DNA of 64,000 nt from Owenia fusiformis (Eukaryota), in assembly GCA_903813345.2 (NCBI GenBank), contig CAIIXF020000001.1:24304001-24368000 (forward strand). The letters are read 5' to 3'. Below are positions 24,876 to 38,305 of the stretch, in pieces. How positions within the stretch are numbered: position 1 is the stretch's first letter; every line of letters starts with the position of its first letter. The notes under the pieces were generated by a model. That model searched no databases, was not told the origin of the DNA, and saw nothing but the letters and a program-made list of their open reading frames with translations. The position numbers and the translations under genes are program-made.

Positions 24876-26049
24876 TAATATTGAATGCAGCTAAATAAGA
24901 ATTTTATACTGAGTAGATAACTGAATGAGATAAAGTCTGTGAAAAGATTAGACTGATTGAATAACGTTAAGTATGCCTTTAAAATTTTGTCCATTACTTT
25001 CGAATAACCCCTCGTATAGCTTATACTTTGGTGATCCACTCAATTACGTTCATGTTACGCTCATGTTCTAACTTTAATCATCATTCGCCTGTCTAGATGA
25101 TATAGGGAATATCCCTAATTATATCTTAGTTTTGGGTTTGGCCAACTATAAAAAGATGTGTTAAAGAGAATGTAATGCCATTGAAAAACGTATTGATTTA
25201 AACATTAAAATGCCAGTCTTTTCATTTTCAGGTAGGGAAAGTTGGTATCTGGAGCTTATTTAACATGACTTTCTAAGGTATGGTCAAGCTTGAATGCAAA
25301 GGTTACCTTCAGTTACCTTTGCTTGATATTCTCATGAACTTCAGGGTCCTGTACTAGCTAGGCAGCCCAAATGCTTTTGATGGTTTTCTGACCCTCAATA
25401 ACCTATAATGATGATAACATACAAGGTGACCCAAAAGACAAGCCTCTAAAAGTGTAATGATTTATTGAATACCTATCCTATCAATCAAATTCGGACAATC
25501 AACATTGAGACAAAAACATTTCTTGAAAATGTATGAGAAATTGTGAAATGAAAGTCTCATTTAATATTTTAACTGAAAAATGAAGAATATGTAATGGTAA
25601 AACAACTAGTAAAAGATCAGATTGTCCTTCATAGATTGTATTTTCTGTTTCGGAAGTAACGATTCATTCCTTTATTTTCTAAGATCACTCTTTTGCTTAT
25701 TGATACATGATATTGCCTATCCCATTGATTATCATATTTATTTGGTTATATCTCAAGCCAGGGTTGTAAAAAAATTAATCTCTTAAAGAGGCCTCTCTCA
25801 ATTACCATATTGGGTTCATAAATTGTGTCAATTTTTGAGAATATTTTTGAAATAACAAAACACAGAGTGAACAATATCACACCCTTGAATAGACAGTCTT
25901 TAAAGGTTTCCTATGTAAGGGAAAGGATACTTACTTTATCAACACAAGCCGGACAGAGCTGCTGCCCTGCCTGTCCATCATTTTGTTGAAGGAAGGTGTT
26001 GCACATTAAACACCAATCAGACATCCATTTATTAGTGTTCATTGTCACA

Positions 26050-26420
26050 GACTTTATTAAAAAATTTTTTAGATGTTTCGAATGCAAACTGCATCCATGA
26101 TAACTAAATTTAAATTGAAAACAGTTGAAATGAATACAGGTAAATCTACTATTATGTCAATAAAACCTTAACAACGTAAAGAAATAATTAATTGCAAAGG
26201 CAATATAACTTCATCCCGCAAGCGATCTAGATTGAACTTGGCCATGTCTCTATTGACATTTTTATGTTCTCTAATGTGAATGGCTTCTCTTATCAACCTA
26301 TTGTTTCTGTTCCTTTCTGTGCTAACTATTTTATAATTGTAATAATAATTGTCAATTTCGTGGTTTTCTGCTACATTAGTATTAGGGCTTTTCTTCTTCC
26401 AACATCTCCGTGTCAACCAG
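26050..26420 (-). mobile_element. Penelope-like element 3' remnant (GIY-YIG C-terminus)
   Basis: HEID..YKIVSTERNRNNRLIREAIHIREHKNVNRD, followed by a GGATGCAGTTTGCATTCGAAACATC hammerhead-like stem. Confidence 0.7.
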
Positions 26421-26789
26421 ATCTAAAGGGTTTGAAAAAGCAAAAATCAAAATAAAAAAACAAATGCATATCATTATCCTCCTCAACCAGAGCTTCATCC
26501 CGAATAACTAAGTCCTCTTCTTACTCCTCAATAAAATCTGAAATAGGGGCAACCATACATTATTTGTATGATTTTATGACGTATGCTATAAAGGGAATCT
26601 ACCCAACCTAGAAGCTACATTTTCATAATTTCGAACATGGACATTTACATTTTCTGCATTTTAGATGTAATTTTGTGTGCAGATTCAATCTCTTTTAATG
26701 CGAAGAAAGAGAGACTTATATTTTCATTCAGAAGTTAATTCATGTTAAATTAAAATATAGACCGGAACAAATTAACGAAGCATATACTT

Positions 26790-27417
26790 ATCTGTTCACC
26801 ATGTTTGTTTATGGTGGTGCCAACCTCACATAGTCCAAGGCAGCCATAATAGAAAACTGATAATGATCAAGCCTATAGCTGCAAGCAGCTGGGCAATGAC
26901 CGAAAAAGAATAATCTGTTCATCATGTTTGTTTATGGTGGTGCCAACTTCACATAGTCCAAAACAGCAATGATAGACAACTCCAATAATCATAGCCTATA
27001 GCTGCAAGCAGCTGGGCAATGAATCTTAACAGAATCATCTGATCACCATGTTTGTATTCGTGTGTGCCAACCTCGCATAGTCGTACAACAATAACAGAAA
27101 ACTCTGATAATGACCAAGCCTATAGCTGCAAGCAGCAGGGCAATGACTCTTAAAGGGATAATCTATTCATCATGTTTGTTTTTGTGTGTGCTAACCTAGC
27201 ATAGTCCAAGACAGCAATGATAGAAAACTCCCAATAATGTCCAAGCCTATAGCTGCAAGCAGCTGGGCAATGACCCTTAAAGGAATAATCTCTTCATCAT
27301 GCTTGTTTTTGTGTGTGCCAACCTCGCATAGTACAAGACAGCAATAATAGAAAACTCTAATAATGACCAAGCCTATAGCTGCAAGCAGCTGGGCAATGGC
27401 CCTTAAAGGAATAATCA
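26790..27417. repeat. Tandem repeat, 5 x ~123 bp
   Basis: Core AGCCTATAGCTGCAAGCAGCTGGGCAATGA recurs at about 123-bp spacing. Confidence 0.9.
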
Positions 27418-27459
27418 AATCAAAGGGAATGCAAGTTCAATTAATGCTTAGCATTTTTT

Positions 27460-29846
27460 CCTTCTCGGGCTATCCTAGTGTTTGTATGTAGCCTGACATC
27501 TTTGACAGCTGAAGAGGGGTGTTTCCTGATGAACCCTTTCATGTCTCTTCCCAAGCTGTTTCCCAGGTCTTTTGACATTGATCACATATGAATGACCTCG
27601 CTGATGTTCCTGTAATCATAACATTTAGATGTTTATTCCATAGTAATCATTATATTTGAAGTATATCATGTCAAAATAGAAATAGTATTTTTGTAATCAG
27701 TGTCGAAATATGATATCCTTTATTTAAAACAGGACACATTTGAACAGTATCATATATTTGTCCAGTAACTCACCAGAAAGGTTTTAAATGTGGTCAATTT
27801 AACATTTCAGTTTTAATAATTTTAAAGCCATGTAGCAGAATAGACGAGATTGAGAAATATTAATTTAAGGCCATGCTCTTCTTCTTCCTCTCCTCCCTCT
27901 TCCCATTCCTCATCATTTTCAGGAATCACTTTCTTTAAAAACAAGATGATTCTATAATGACTAAAGGGATATCAAATTCTAAAGCCAACTTTAAGACAAT
28001 TTTCAGCAGTTTGATGACCCAATACATGTTATTTAAATAAAAACAACAAATACTAAATACATCTTATCAAATACCTTTAAAACAGCTACAGTTTATCATC
28101 TCTATTGAAATCTTAGTTTAAACTTTAAACATCATTCATAAATATCTGAATCTATTTTCTATATTTAACTTACCTTTCCTATCATTTTATCCTTTTGAGC
28201 TGGTGGACTAGGAAGGTTCAAACTGGTGATAAATTCTCTATTCGCTTTCTGGTTTTTTCTTACTACATCAGTTAATGTTTCCTATAACAAGAAATAACTA
28301 GTTATCACCAACATCTCATCATATTATTAGTTACTTAACATAAATAATTTTATAGATTATCATATTTATATTATTATTTTATAGATTATCATATTTATAT
28401 TATTATTTTATAGATTATCATATTTATATTATTATTTTACCCTATCACTAAGATTTCTTCTAATAACTAAGATTTCTTCTAATATTGTGATATCTCCAGT
28501 ATTGTTGGCAAAATGCTACAAAACTTATTCAGATATACTAGTAGCAAGGCCAGTAAAGTATTGGAGCAGATTACTATTATAACTTATACATTTATTCTTT
28601 TGTTGGCCCAACATAGACTTGATTTTGTAAAATGATTTTTTTAAATCAAATTATGGTCAGATGAATTAAAAAAATGAGTCAAACATCAATATCATTAAAC
28701 TAGGTCTCAAACAAAGAACTCATATACTGTTAGTTATAAACTCACATTATCGTGCAGGTCAGTTTGGATATTTTTGCCAGTAACCTGAAATGGGATGCAC
28801 AAAATACACTCAAAATAAGTTACAATGAAGCACAGGTAAATATGCTAGGGGTTTCACAAGAATGTCTCACAGCAGGCTAAATAAATTAGAACAACAGGCA
28901 AAATTACAGACACTATGACACCACTATGTAGCTGAGTATTTCATAAATGTTTTGAAGCACTATTAAATATTCCATTTAATTAATAGGGGACAGGTCCATC
29001 TTACCGGATATTGGTACAGCCAGTTAATAGTAAAGCTTCTTTTTTCCAAAAATTCATTGTTCTATATACTTTTAAAAACAGTTGTATGATATGATTTGTT
29101 AGTCTTGAGGCCTGCAATACTAAAGTAAATTTGGTTTTCAGTTTCTTCAAGAATTTCTATTCTCAAGCAATCTACCAATAGGACATTCAATTTCAGAATA
29201 AAAAACAAATGCATACACTATCTGAATTTCTATTCTCAAGCAGAATAAAAAACACATGCATACACTATCTGAATTGTCCTCATCATCCTGAGCATCCGCA
29301 ATTGGAGCATCATCCACAAGGAGTAAGTCATCGAGTTCCTCATCCTTAGGCATCTCTGTATTGTCCTCCTCAACCTGAGAATCATCTTCCAGAACCAAGG
29401 CATCTGCCTCATCCTCTGGCATTTCTGTGACAATAACACTTGAATTTACAACATAGGCTCTAACAGAATAAGGGAATCTACCCAACCTAGAAATTACCTT
29501 TTTTAAACAACAATTTTGCAGTAGTTTTTGTAACAAACATGCAGTTACTTTATCCGTTAAGTAAATATCAAATTAAAATTAAATGAATGTATTTATTATA
29601 TATGATATATTATATTCCTGAAATTTTCTTTCCTGTTACTGAGTTACCTTACCTGTTACCTTTCTCTGGGTTTTCGTCCACCTCATTTTGGAATACATTT
29701 GCCATAAGGTCATGGATATATTGGGCATTTTTGGTTTCATCACTGACATCATACAAAGCCCTCTGCACTCGAACGCTGTGTTTCATATGATCAGCCAATT
29801 TTCTTCGGTTTGCTTCCAAATGCATTCTTATTGGATTGTATCCCAA
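27460..29846 (-). pseudogene. 3' half of a multi-exon YR-zinc-finger gene: H/Y exon, acidic exon, 39-bp exon, 108-bp exon, acidic exon, C2H2 pair
   Basis: Successive exons: LADHMKHSVRVQRALY (~29658-29815); VTEMPEDEAD..DNSDS|GT (29264-~29440); VTGKNIQTDLHDN (28746-28784); ETLTDVVRKNQKANREFITSLNLPSPPAQKDKMIGK (28174-28281); KVIPENDEEWEEGGEEEE (from 27932); FICDQCQK..KRHERVHQETPLFSCQRC (27460-27609, frameshift and stop). Confidence 0.6.
28351..28438. repeat. 29-bp minisatellite x3
   Basis: TATAGATTATCATATTTATATTATTATTT repeated perfectly. Confidence 0.9.
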
Positions 29847-30589
29847 ATAATATTTATAATATTAGCTTTAACCTTTCAATTCCACAAACCCCATGTATGC
29901 AGGTGTCCTATCAGGTATAACAATTTAAGCGTATTCAAAGTGAGGTTTAAGTTCTCATTTAGAAGTTAATTCATGTTAAAATAGAATATTGATTGGAAAA
30001 AAATAACGAAGCATATCTTATCTAACAAGGTCCTGCAATTGTCATCCTTGTAAACACTTCAAAGTAACCAACCATATTAATCAACAAATATAAAGAGAGG
30101 TGCAGTTTTCTAATAAATAATGACCACTTACCATTTCAAAACAACACATTATTCATTAGAAAACTATTCAGTAGGAAACTATTCAGTATAGTTAAGCTTG
30201 AAAATAGTGAATAGTATAGAATTCTTTGATCAATTAAAGCTGCAACCATTAGTGCAGGGGGCCAGTGTCAAAATGTATTAAGTTTGGATATTTCAGCAAG
30301 ACTAACATATATTTTTATTATCTACAAAGAAATCCCGTGGATGAACATCATTTCAGCTGATATTCCTCTTGAAACATGGTGGGCAGGTATATTCACTAGT
30401 ACAAGATTGACTGTAACCTCAGAACACAAACAGAATAGAAATTGGAATTCCTAAAACAGAGATTAAAGGGAGTATCAGATCTATAGAGCAACCTGTCCAA
30501 ATAGTGTATAAATTTCATATTATATTTTTGTATGTCGTTTACCCCTTATATATCTGACTCTGCTTTTAAACAACAAAATGTTAGTGTTG

Positions 30590-33500
30590 ATGAACCGAAC
30601 GTTTTGTGCAGCTTGTTTCGCACTTTCTTCACTTTTGTTACCTCCTGATGGCGAGATGAGCCATTTGACAAACATTTTTAGATTATCGTTGAAACTGTTT
30701 GTGGGCGATTTAATATTTACATTCTATTTGTGTTTGTCCAACCTTTGAACACTTTTGCTACAAGATTGGCATTGTTTGTACTCGTATTTCCAAACATTCC
30801 CACATGCTTTTCTTTGCCTTGAATACTCATGTGAAAAATCGTTCTTGTAATTCTCCGGAATTTTGTATTCAGGGTCTTTCATATGAACCTGTTGGAAATG
30901 CTTTTTAAGATATCCAATCTTTTTAAAGCATGTAGGACAGGTGTGCTTGCTTCTCTTCTGTTAACTCTGAGAATATTAAGTTGACACAAGCTAACTACTG
31001 CAAAATTTTATTTGATTCAATTAACGTTTCTGATATGCCCATAATTAACATTCAATTTTTACCTTTTCAATTGATACTATTATTGATGTTAAACTGAATG
31101 TTAAATGCATATTTAGTTTATTATTTCAGTTCAACATTTCCTTTTAATTGTTTATTTGATTATGACAATTGGGTAAAATCTGAATAAAATAATAAATCTA
31201 TAGTTCTGTCCAATTCCATTTGTGGTTCCATTTTTGGTAAGGGCATATTGCTAACCTTCTCCAGCTTCCTCTTGCACATTACTGTTTAAGACATTTGTCA
31301 TGAGGTCATGGACTTTCGCAGCATTCTTTGTTTGGTCGCTGACCTCATACACTTCCTTCTGTACCCTGACAGAATGTTTCATGAAGTCAGCAATCCGTTG
31401 GCGATCATCTTGCCCAGGGTACAAACTACATATCTAAAATGATAGATGTGTCTATGATTTAGACACAAGTGTGGATGTAACATATAGGCTTACATGTAGC
31501 ACCACTATGAAACATTAAAATTAAATCTTTAATATATATTTTAGTTAAACTGTTTTTTTAATCAGATGGTATCATATTGTAAGGAAATGATTTATAATGA
31601 TATATAAAACATGTCATGGTGTAGTATTATATAATAAGATATTCATCCTTAAACTTGGGTATTGGGTTTTTTGACCCACCCTGTATATTCTTATCTGACA
31701 AAACCCCACAGATATATGATAAGACAGCTGCAACGTCAGCAGTTCTTAATACTACAAGCGAAATTGGAACTTCAATATAAAACAGACAAAGGAATTAAGT
31801 AATACCAATGTGTTGTGAAGTGTTAAATTGTGAAAGTAAAATATTGTTAATATAACAACCTGTCTAATCTAAAGACAATCGAACCAGAAAAAGTGTCCAG
31901 AAGAGCAAGTGTTCACATTTCAAGGTTTTTAACATGGAAATCACAAATATGATATAAAATGTTTTGGCCTGGGAAGTCTGTGTTAATGTTAACCCATCTA
32001 TTACCATTCTCTCTAGGTTTACATCAGGCCCATCTATTACCATTCTCTCTAGGCTTACATCAAACCCCTGTATCACCATGTATCATTTTGCAGTATACTT
32101 ACATGGTAAACATAGTAGTCTCCAACCCTGTCAGTGATATGAACATGCCTGCACTCTAAGTTTACTATCGGGTCTGCATATAACGGTCATGATATAGTTC
32201 CTTATTATGTACATTTCTTTGATGTTGACTTTAGGTTTTCCAAAGAGAGCTTTAGTGTCTTTGACATACTGAGAACCATAATATTTCACAATATCATCTC
32301 TGGTCATCATTGGACCGGTTTTTAAGTTTCCGCTTCTTTGACATAACATTCATAGAATTGCATCGAGTCTATTCTGTTTTTTTAATAGTTCAAATTGTCC
32401 AAAATCTATGGATTTTTGCATAAAAGAAGGTACTGGTGGTTAGTTTGCAGCCGTTCTAAATATGACTTAATGGTCGACGCTTGCTTGATTTGTGGAAATT
32501 TTACATTCAAAGCAGGCTCTAAAAAATTCTCATTCAAGAGGTTTGAGTCCAAAGGATAATATCCTCCAACTCCTGCATGAAGGTCTTCGATGAATCAAAC
32601 GTTTTGTGCAGCTCGTTTCGCACTTTCTTCACTTTTGTTACCTCCTGATGGCGAGATGAGCCATTTGACAAACATTTTTAGATTATCGTTGAAATTGTTG
32701 TTGGCAATTTAATATTTATATTCTTTTTGCATTTGTGTTTGTCCAACCTTTGAACACTTTTGCTACAAGATTGGCATTGTTTGTACTCATTTCCGAACAT
32801 TCCCACACGCTTTTCTTTGCCTTGAATACTCAAGTGAAGAATCGTTCTTGTAATTCTCCGGAATTTTGTATTCAGGGTCTTTCATATGAACCTTTTTGGA
32901 AATGCTTTTTAAGATATCTAATCTTTTTAAAGCATGTAGGACAGGTGTGCTTGCTTCTCTTCTGTGTTAGCTCTGAAAATATTAAGTTGACACAAGCTAA
33001 CTACTGCAAAATTTTATTTGATTCAATTAACGTTTCTGATATGTCCTTATCTAAGTTACATTCAATTTTTACCTTTTCAATTGATACTACTATTGATGTT
33101 AAACTGAATGTTAAATGCATATTTGGTTTATTTTTTCAGTACAACATTTACTTTTAATTGTTTATTTATTTGATTATGACAATGGGGTAAAATCTGAATA
33201 AAATAATAAATCTGTAGTTCTGTCCAATTCCATTTGTGGTTCCATTTTTGGTAAGGGCATATTGCTAACCTTCTCCAGCTTCCTCTTGCACATTATTGTT
33301 TAAGACATTTGTCATGAGGTCATGGACTTTTGCAGCATTCTTTGTTTGGTCGCTGACCTCATACACTTCCTTCTGTACCCTGACAGAATGTTTCATGAAG
33401 TCAGCAATCCGTTGGCGATCATCTTGCCCAGGGTACAAACTACATATCTGAAATGATAGATGGGTCTTATGATTTAGCCACAAGTGTGGATGTAACATAT

Positions 33501-35820
33501 AGGCTTACATGTAGCACCACTATGAAACATTAAAATTAAATTTTTAATATATATTTTAATTGAACTGATTTTTCAATCAGATGGTATCATATTGTAAGGA
33601 AATGATTTATAATGATATATAAAACATGTCATGGTGTAGTGTTATATAATAAGATATTCATCCTTAAACTTGGGTATTGGGTTTTTTGACCCACCCTGTA
33701 TATACTTATCTGACAAAACCCCACAGATATATGATAAGACAGCTGCAACGTCAGCAGTTCTTAATACTACAAGCGAAATTGGAACTTCAATATAAAACAG
33801 ACAAAGGAATGAAGTAATACCAATGTGTTATGAAGTGTTAAATTGTGAAAGTAAAATATTGCTAATATAACAACCTGTCTAATCCAAAGACAATAGAACC
33901 AGAAAAAGTGTCCAGAAGAACAAGTGTTCACATTTCAAGGTTTTTAACATGGAAATCAAAAATATGATATAAAATGTTTTGGCCTGGGAAGTCTGTGTTA
34001 AGGTTAACCCATCTATTACCATTCTCTCTAGGTTTACATCAGGCCCATCTATTACCATTCTCTCTAGGCTTACATCAAACCCCTGTATCACCATGTATCA
34101 TTGTGCACTATACTTACATGGTAAACATAGCAGTCTCCAACCCTGTCAGTGATATGAACATGCCTGCATTCTAAGTTTACTATTGGCTCTGCATATAACG
34201 GTCATGATATAGTTCCTCATGATGTACATTTCTTTGATGTTGACTTTAGGTTTTCCAAAGAGAGCTTTCGTGTCTTTGACATACTGAGAACCATAATATT
34301 TCACAATATCATCTCTGGTCATCATTGGACTGGTTTTTAAGTTTCCGCTTCTTTGACCTAACATTCATAGAATTGCACTGTAGTCTATTCTGTTTTTTTA
34401 ATAGTTCAAATTGTGCAAAATCTATGGATTTTTTGCATAAAAGAAGGTACTGTTGGTTAGTTTGCAGCCGTTCTAAATATGACGTAATGGTCGACGCTTA
34501 CTTGATTTGTGGAAATTTACATTCAAAGCAGGCTCTAGAAATTTCTCATTCAAGAGGTTTGAGCCCAAAGGATAATATCCTCCAACTCCTGCATGAATGT
34601 CTTCGATGAACCGAACGTTTTGTGCAGCTCGTTTCGCACTTTCTTCACTTCCTGTTACCTCCTGATGGCGAGATGAGCCATTTGACAAACAATTTTAGAT
34701 TATCATTGAAATTGTTTGTGGGCGATTTAATATTTACATTCTTTTTGCATTTGTGTTTGTCCAACCTTTGAACACTTTTGCTACAAGACTGGCATTGTTT
34801 GTAATCATATTTCCAAACGGTCATGATATAGTTCCTCATTATGTACATTTCTTTGATGCTGACTTTAGGTTTTCCAAAGAGAGCTTTCGTGTCTTTGACA
34901 TACTGAGAACCATAATATTTCACAATATCATCTCTGGTCATCATTGGACTGGTTTTTAAGTTTCCGCTTCTTTGACCTAACATTCATAGAATTGCACCGT
35001 AGTCTATTCTGTTTTTTAATAGTTCAAATTGTGCAAAATCTATGGATTTTTTGCATAAAAGAAGGTACTGGTGGTTAGTTTGCAGCCGTTCTAAATATGA
35101 CTTAATGGTCGACGCTTACTTGATTTGTGGAAATTTTACATTCAAAGCAGGCTCTAGAAATTTCTCATTCAAGAGGTTTGAGCCCAAAGGATAATATCCT
35201 CCAACTCCTGCATGAATGTCTTCGATGAACCGAACGTTTTGTGCAGCTCGTTTCGCACTTTCTTCACTTCCTGTTACCTCCTGATGGCGAAATGAGCCAT
35301 TTGACAAACATTTTTAGATTATCATTGAAATTGTTTGTGGGCGATTTAATATTTACATTCTTTTTGCATTTCTGTTTGTCCAACCTTTGAACACTTTTGC
35401 TACAAGACTGGCATTGTTTGTAATCATATTTCCAAACATTCCCACACGCTTTTCTTTGCCTTGAATACTCATGTGAAAATCGTTCTTGTAATTCTCCGGA
35501 ATTTTGTATTCAGGGTCTTTCATACGAACCTGTTGGAAATGCTTTTTAAGATATGTAGGACAGGTGTGCTTGCTTCTCTTCTATGTTAGCTCTGAAAATA
35601 TTAAGTTGACACAAGCTAACTACTGCAAAATTTTATTTGATTCAATTAACGTTTCTGATATGCCCATATCTAAGTAACGTTCAATTTTTACCTTTTCAAT
35701 TGATACTACTATTGATGTTAAACTGAATGTTAAATGCATTTACTTTTCATTGTTTATTTGATTATGAAAATGGGGTAAAATCTGAATAAAATAATAAATC
35801 TGTAGTTCTGTCCAATTCCA
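30590..35820 (-). pseudogene. Tandem ~2-kb duplications of YR gene subfamily A (large N-terminal exon plus H/Y exon)
   Basis: HTCPTCFKKIGYLKKHFQQVH..CQSCSKSVQRLDKHKC..FVKWLISPSGGN..ASTIKSYLERL..RNYIMTVIC..PIVNLECRHV..YVYH|GTAAGT (donors after 32103 and 34118). 178-bp IADFMKHSVRVQKEVY exons lie at 31256-31433 and 33270-33447. Multiple frameshifts; extra ~620-bp internal duplication at 34.2-35.4 kb. Confidence 0.75.
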
Positions 35821-36784
35821 TTTCTGGGTCACATTTCTAAAATCAATCAAAACCAACTATAACAATTATCTAGAGTTAACATTATACACACCAACTCCTC
35901 CAAATTAGCCTTGTTCCTAATGGTCCTTTCATATGACGGAGAGAACATCATACAAGCCAACTCCTACAAATATTTTCCATGTTAGTGTTATTCCATATGG
36001 TCCTTAATACACACCAAATTCAAACCAAATCCCCCAAATATTTTCTCTGCCAGCATTATTCCTAATGGTCCTTTCATATGATGGAGAACTTAATATTATC
36101 CAAACCAACTCCTCCAAATATTTTCTCTGCTAGCATTATTTCTTATGGTCCTCAATACAAACCAAATAGAAATACAAACTAAATCCTCTTTTTTCTCTAA
36201 TAGCCTTAAGGTCCGTTGAAATACCAGAGAAATGAACATTACATACAAACCACAAACCAGATTCTCGAAATAGTATCCCTTTAGTCTCATAAAACTCAAC
36301 AATTCATGAAACACAATGCATGGAAACACAAGAGCCTCATAAGGTTTTGCAAATCAATTTTGTTTTGCTTGGTCTCTCTTTATGCGTGATTTTTATGAGG
36401 CCCTTTCAAAAACATAATATGTAGTCAAACATAACAAATACTTTGCCAAGATGCACTCCGAGTTAATGTTGAAAACTGTTATGAATATTAGATGGTATAA
36501 TGCCATGTATAGGTTATCAAAACTAATTTTAGATGCTTGTATCAAGGATTGTGAACGATATTTCCACATAAGAATTTCATTTGCTATCCATCAATTTCAG
36601 CATATGTTGTTAATCATCTAAAGATTCCTCTATTAACAAACCCTGATAATGCCTTCCCTTCAAAAAGATATTATGTTTTAAAATTCATTTCAATTATGCA
36701 TTAAAATCTATAGTTTTTATTAGTTTTAATAACAGGAGTGCACCTCACAAACTGTAATAAAATGAAACATTTCTTCTTCACTAT

Positions 36785-38305
36785 CACTAGGGCAGAGCAT
36801 TTGTACTGAAAGGAGCGTTTTCAGTACAAATATGTACTGAAAAATGTACTGAATTTTTAAGTATATTTTTCAGTATAAACATGTACTGAAAAATATACTT
36901 AAAATTTCAGTGCAAATTTCAGAATAAATATGTACTGAAAAATGTACTGAAATTTTAAGTACATTTTTCAGTATATATTTATACTGAAAAATATACTGAA
37001 TTTTAAGTGTGATTTTAAGTGCAAATATGTACTTAAAAATATACTGAAATTTAAGTGTGATTTTAAGTGCAAATATGTACTGAAAAATATACTGAAATTT
37101 AAGAGCATATTTAAGTGTAAATTTATACTGAAAAATATACTTAGATTTTAAATTACGACATCTTCCTGACTTTGACATCTATACCATGGATTTTGCTATA
37201 CTCGAACAAATGAGGTTCTATGTTCATGTTATATATTTTAATTTTGATATCAATTAATTAATTTGCTAAAGCAATATGAGTGAAAATCTCATGAAAAACT
37301 TATTTTTAAGACTGAGAAAATGAGTACCTTTAATGTTTTTGAATTTTAGAACTTAATAAGGTAGAATGTATCTAGAAACCTCAAAAGGTATGGAATACAC
37401 ATGTTATGTATGATCAGTTTTAAATAAATGGTTTATCCCTCAGGAAATATGGGTATCCAAAACCTTTATTGATGGAGAAAATGCAATCAGATATTATTAC
37501 AGGATGCGTCTTAAATAATTAAATCCAAAAACATAACTTATTAAAAGGAAAACACTTGATTACAGTAAACCTAGCCTCTCCAGTTTGATTAGAGTCTGCT
37601 TTAAAGGATGTGTCTAAAGAAACTTTATTAATCCATTAATAAAACAAAATATTTTGACAAGGCAAAACAAACCTGATTACAGAGAGACTCTTGTCTGCTG
37701 TAAAGGAAGCATCCAAAATAATTTCATAATGTAATAGCATTCCTGTTGGGGGGGGGGTTCAGGGGTCCAAGCGAACCCCCCCCCCCTTGCCAAAAATTAT
37801 TTTAAAATCATGCACTTTTTCACCATTCTAAGAACTTTTTGAGTGATTTAGAGTTTATAAAGTATGCCTTACATTTACGTTCTCTCTTATTTCCATTATT
37901 GGGTACAAATATTTCTCATTGCATATATTTATACTTAAATTATCCTTAAATTTCAGTATATTTTTCAGTACATTTTTATACTGACTTTTGCACTTAAATT
38001 TCAGTATATATTTGTACTTAAATTTATCCTTAAATTTTCAGTGCATTTTTCAGTATATTTTTGCACTTAAATTTGTCCTTAAAATTCAGTACATTTTTCA
38101 GTACATATTTAAACTTAAATTTGGACTTAAAATTAAGTTTATTTTTCAGTACATGAATTTGTACTGAGAAATATACTGGAAAAAATTCATTGCATTTTTC
38201 AGTACAAAAATATACTTAAATTTGTACTGAAACAAAACTAGTACATTTTTCAGTACATATTTGTACTGAAAACGCTCTTTTCAGTAAAAATGCTCTGCCC
38301 TAGTG
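36785..38305. mobile_element. CACTA/EnSpm-type non-autonomous element with subterminal repeats
   Basis: CACTAGGGCAGAGCATTT...AAATGCTCTGCCCTAGTG, 3-bp TSD TAT, and inverted arrays of GTACTGAAAAAT motifs. Confidence 0.88.

Noticed and set aside
36870-37178. 102-aa repetitive ORF (FQYIF..LK)
   Set aside because: It is a translation of CACTA subterminal repeats.
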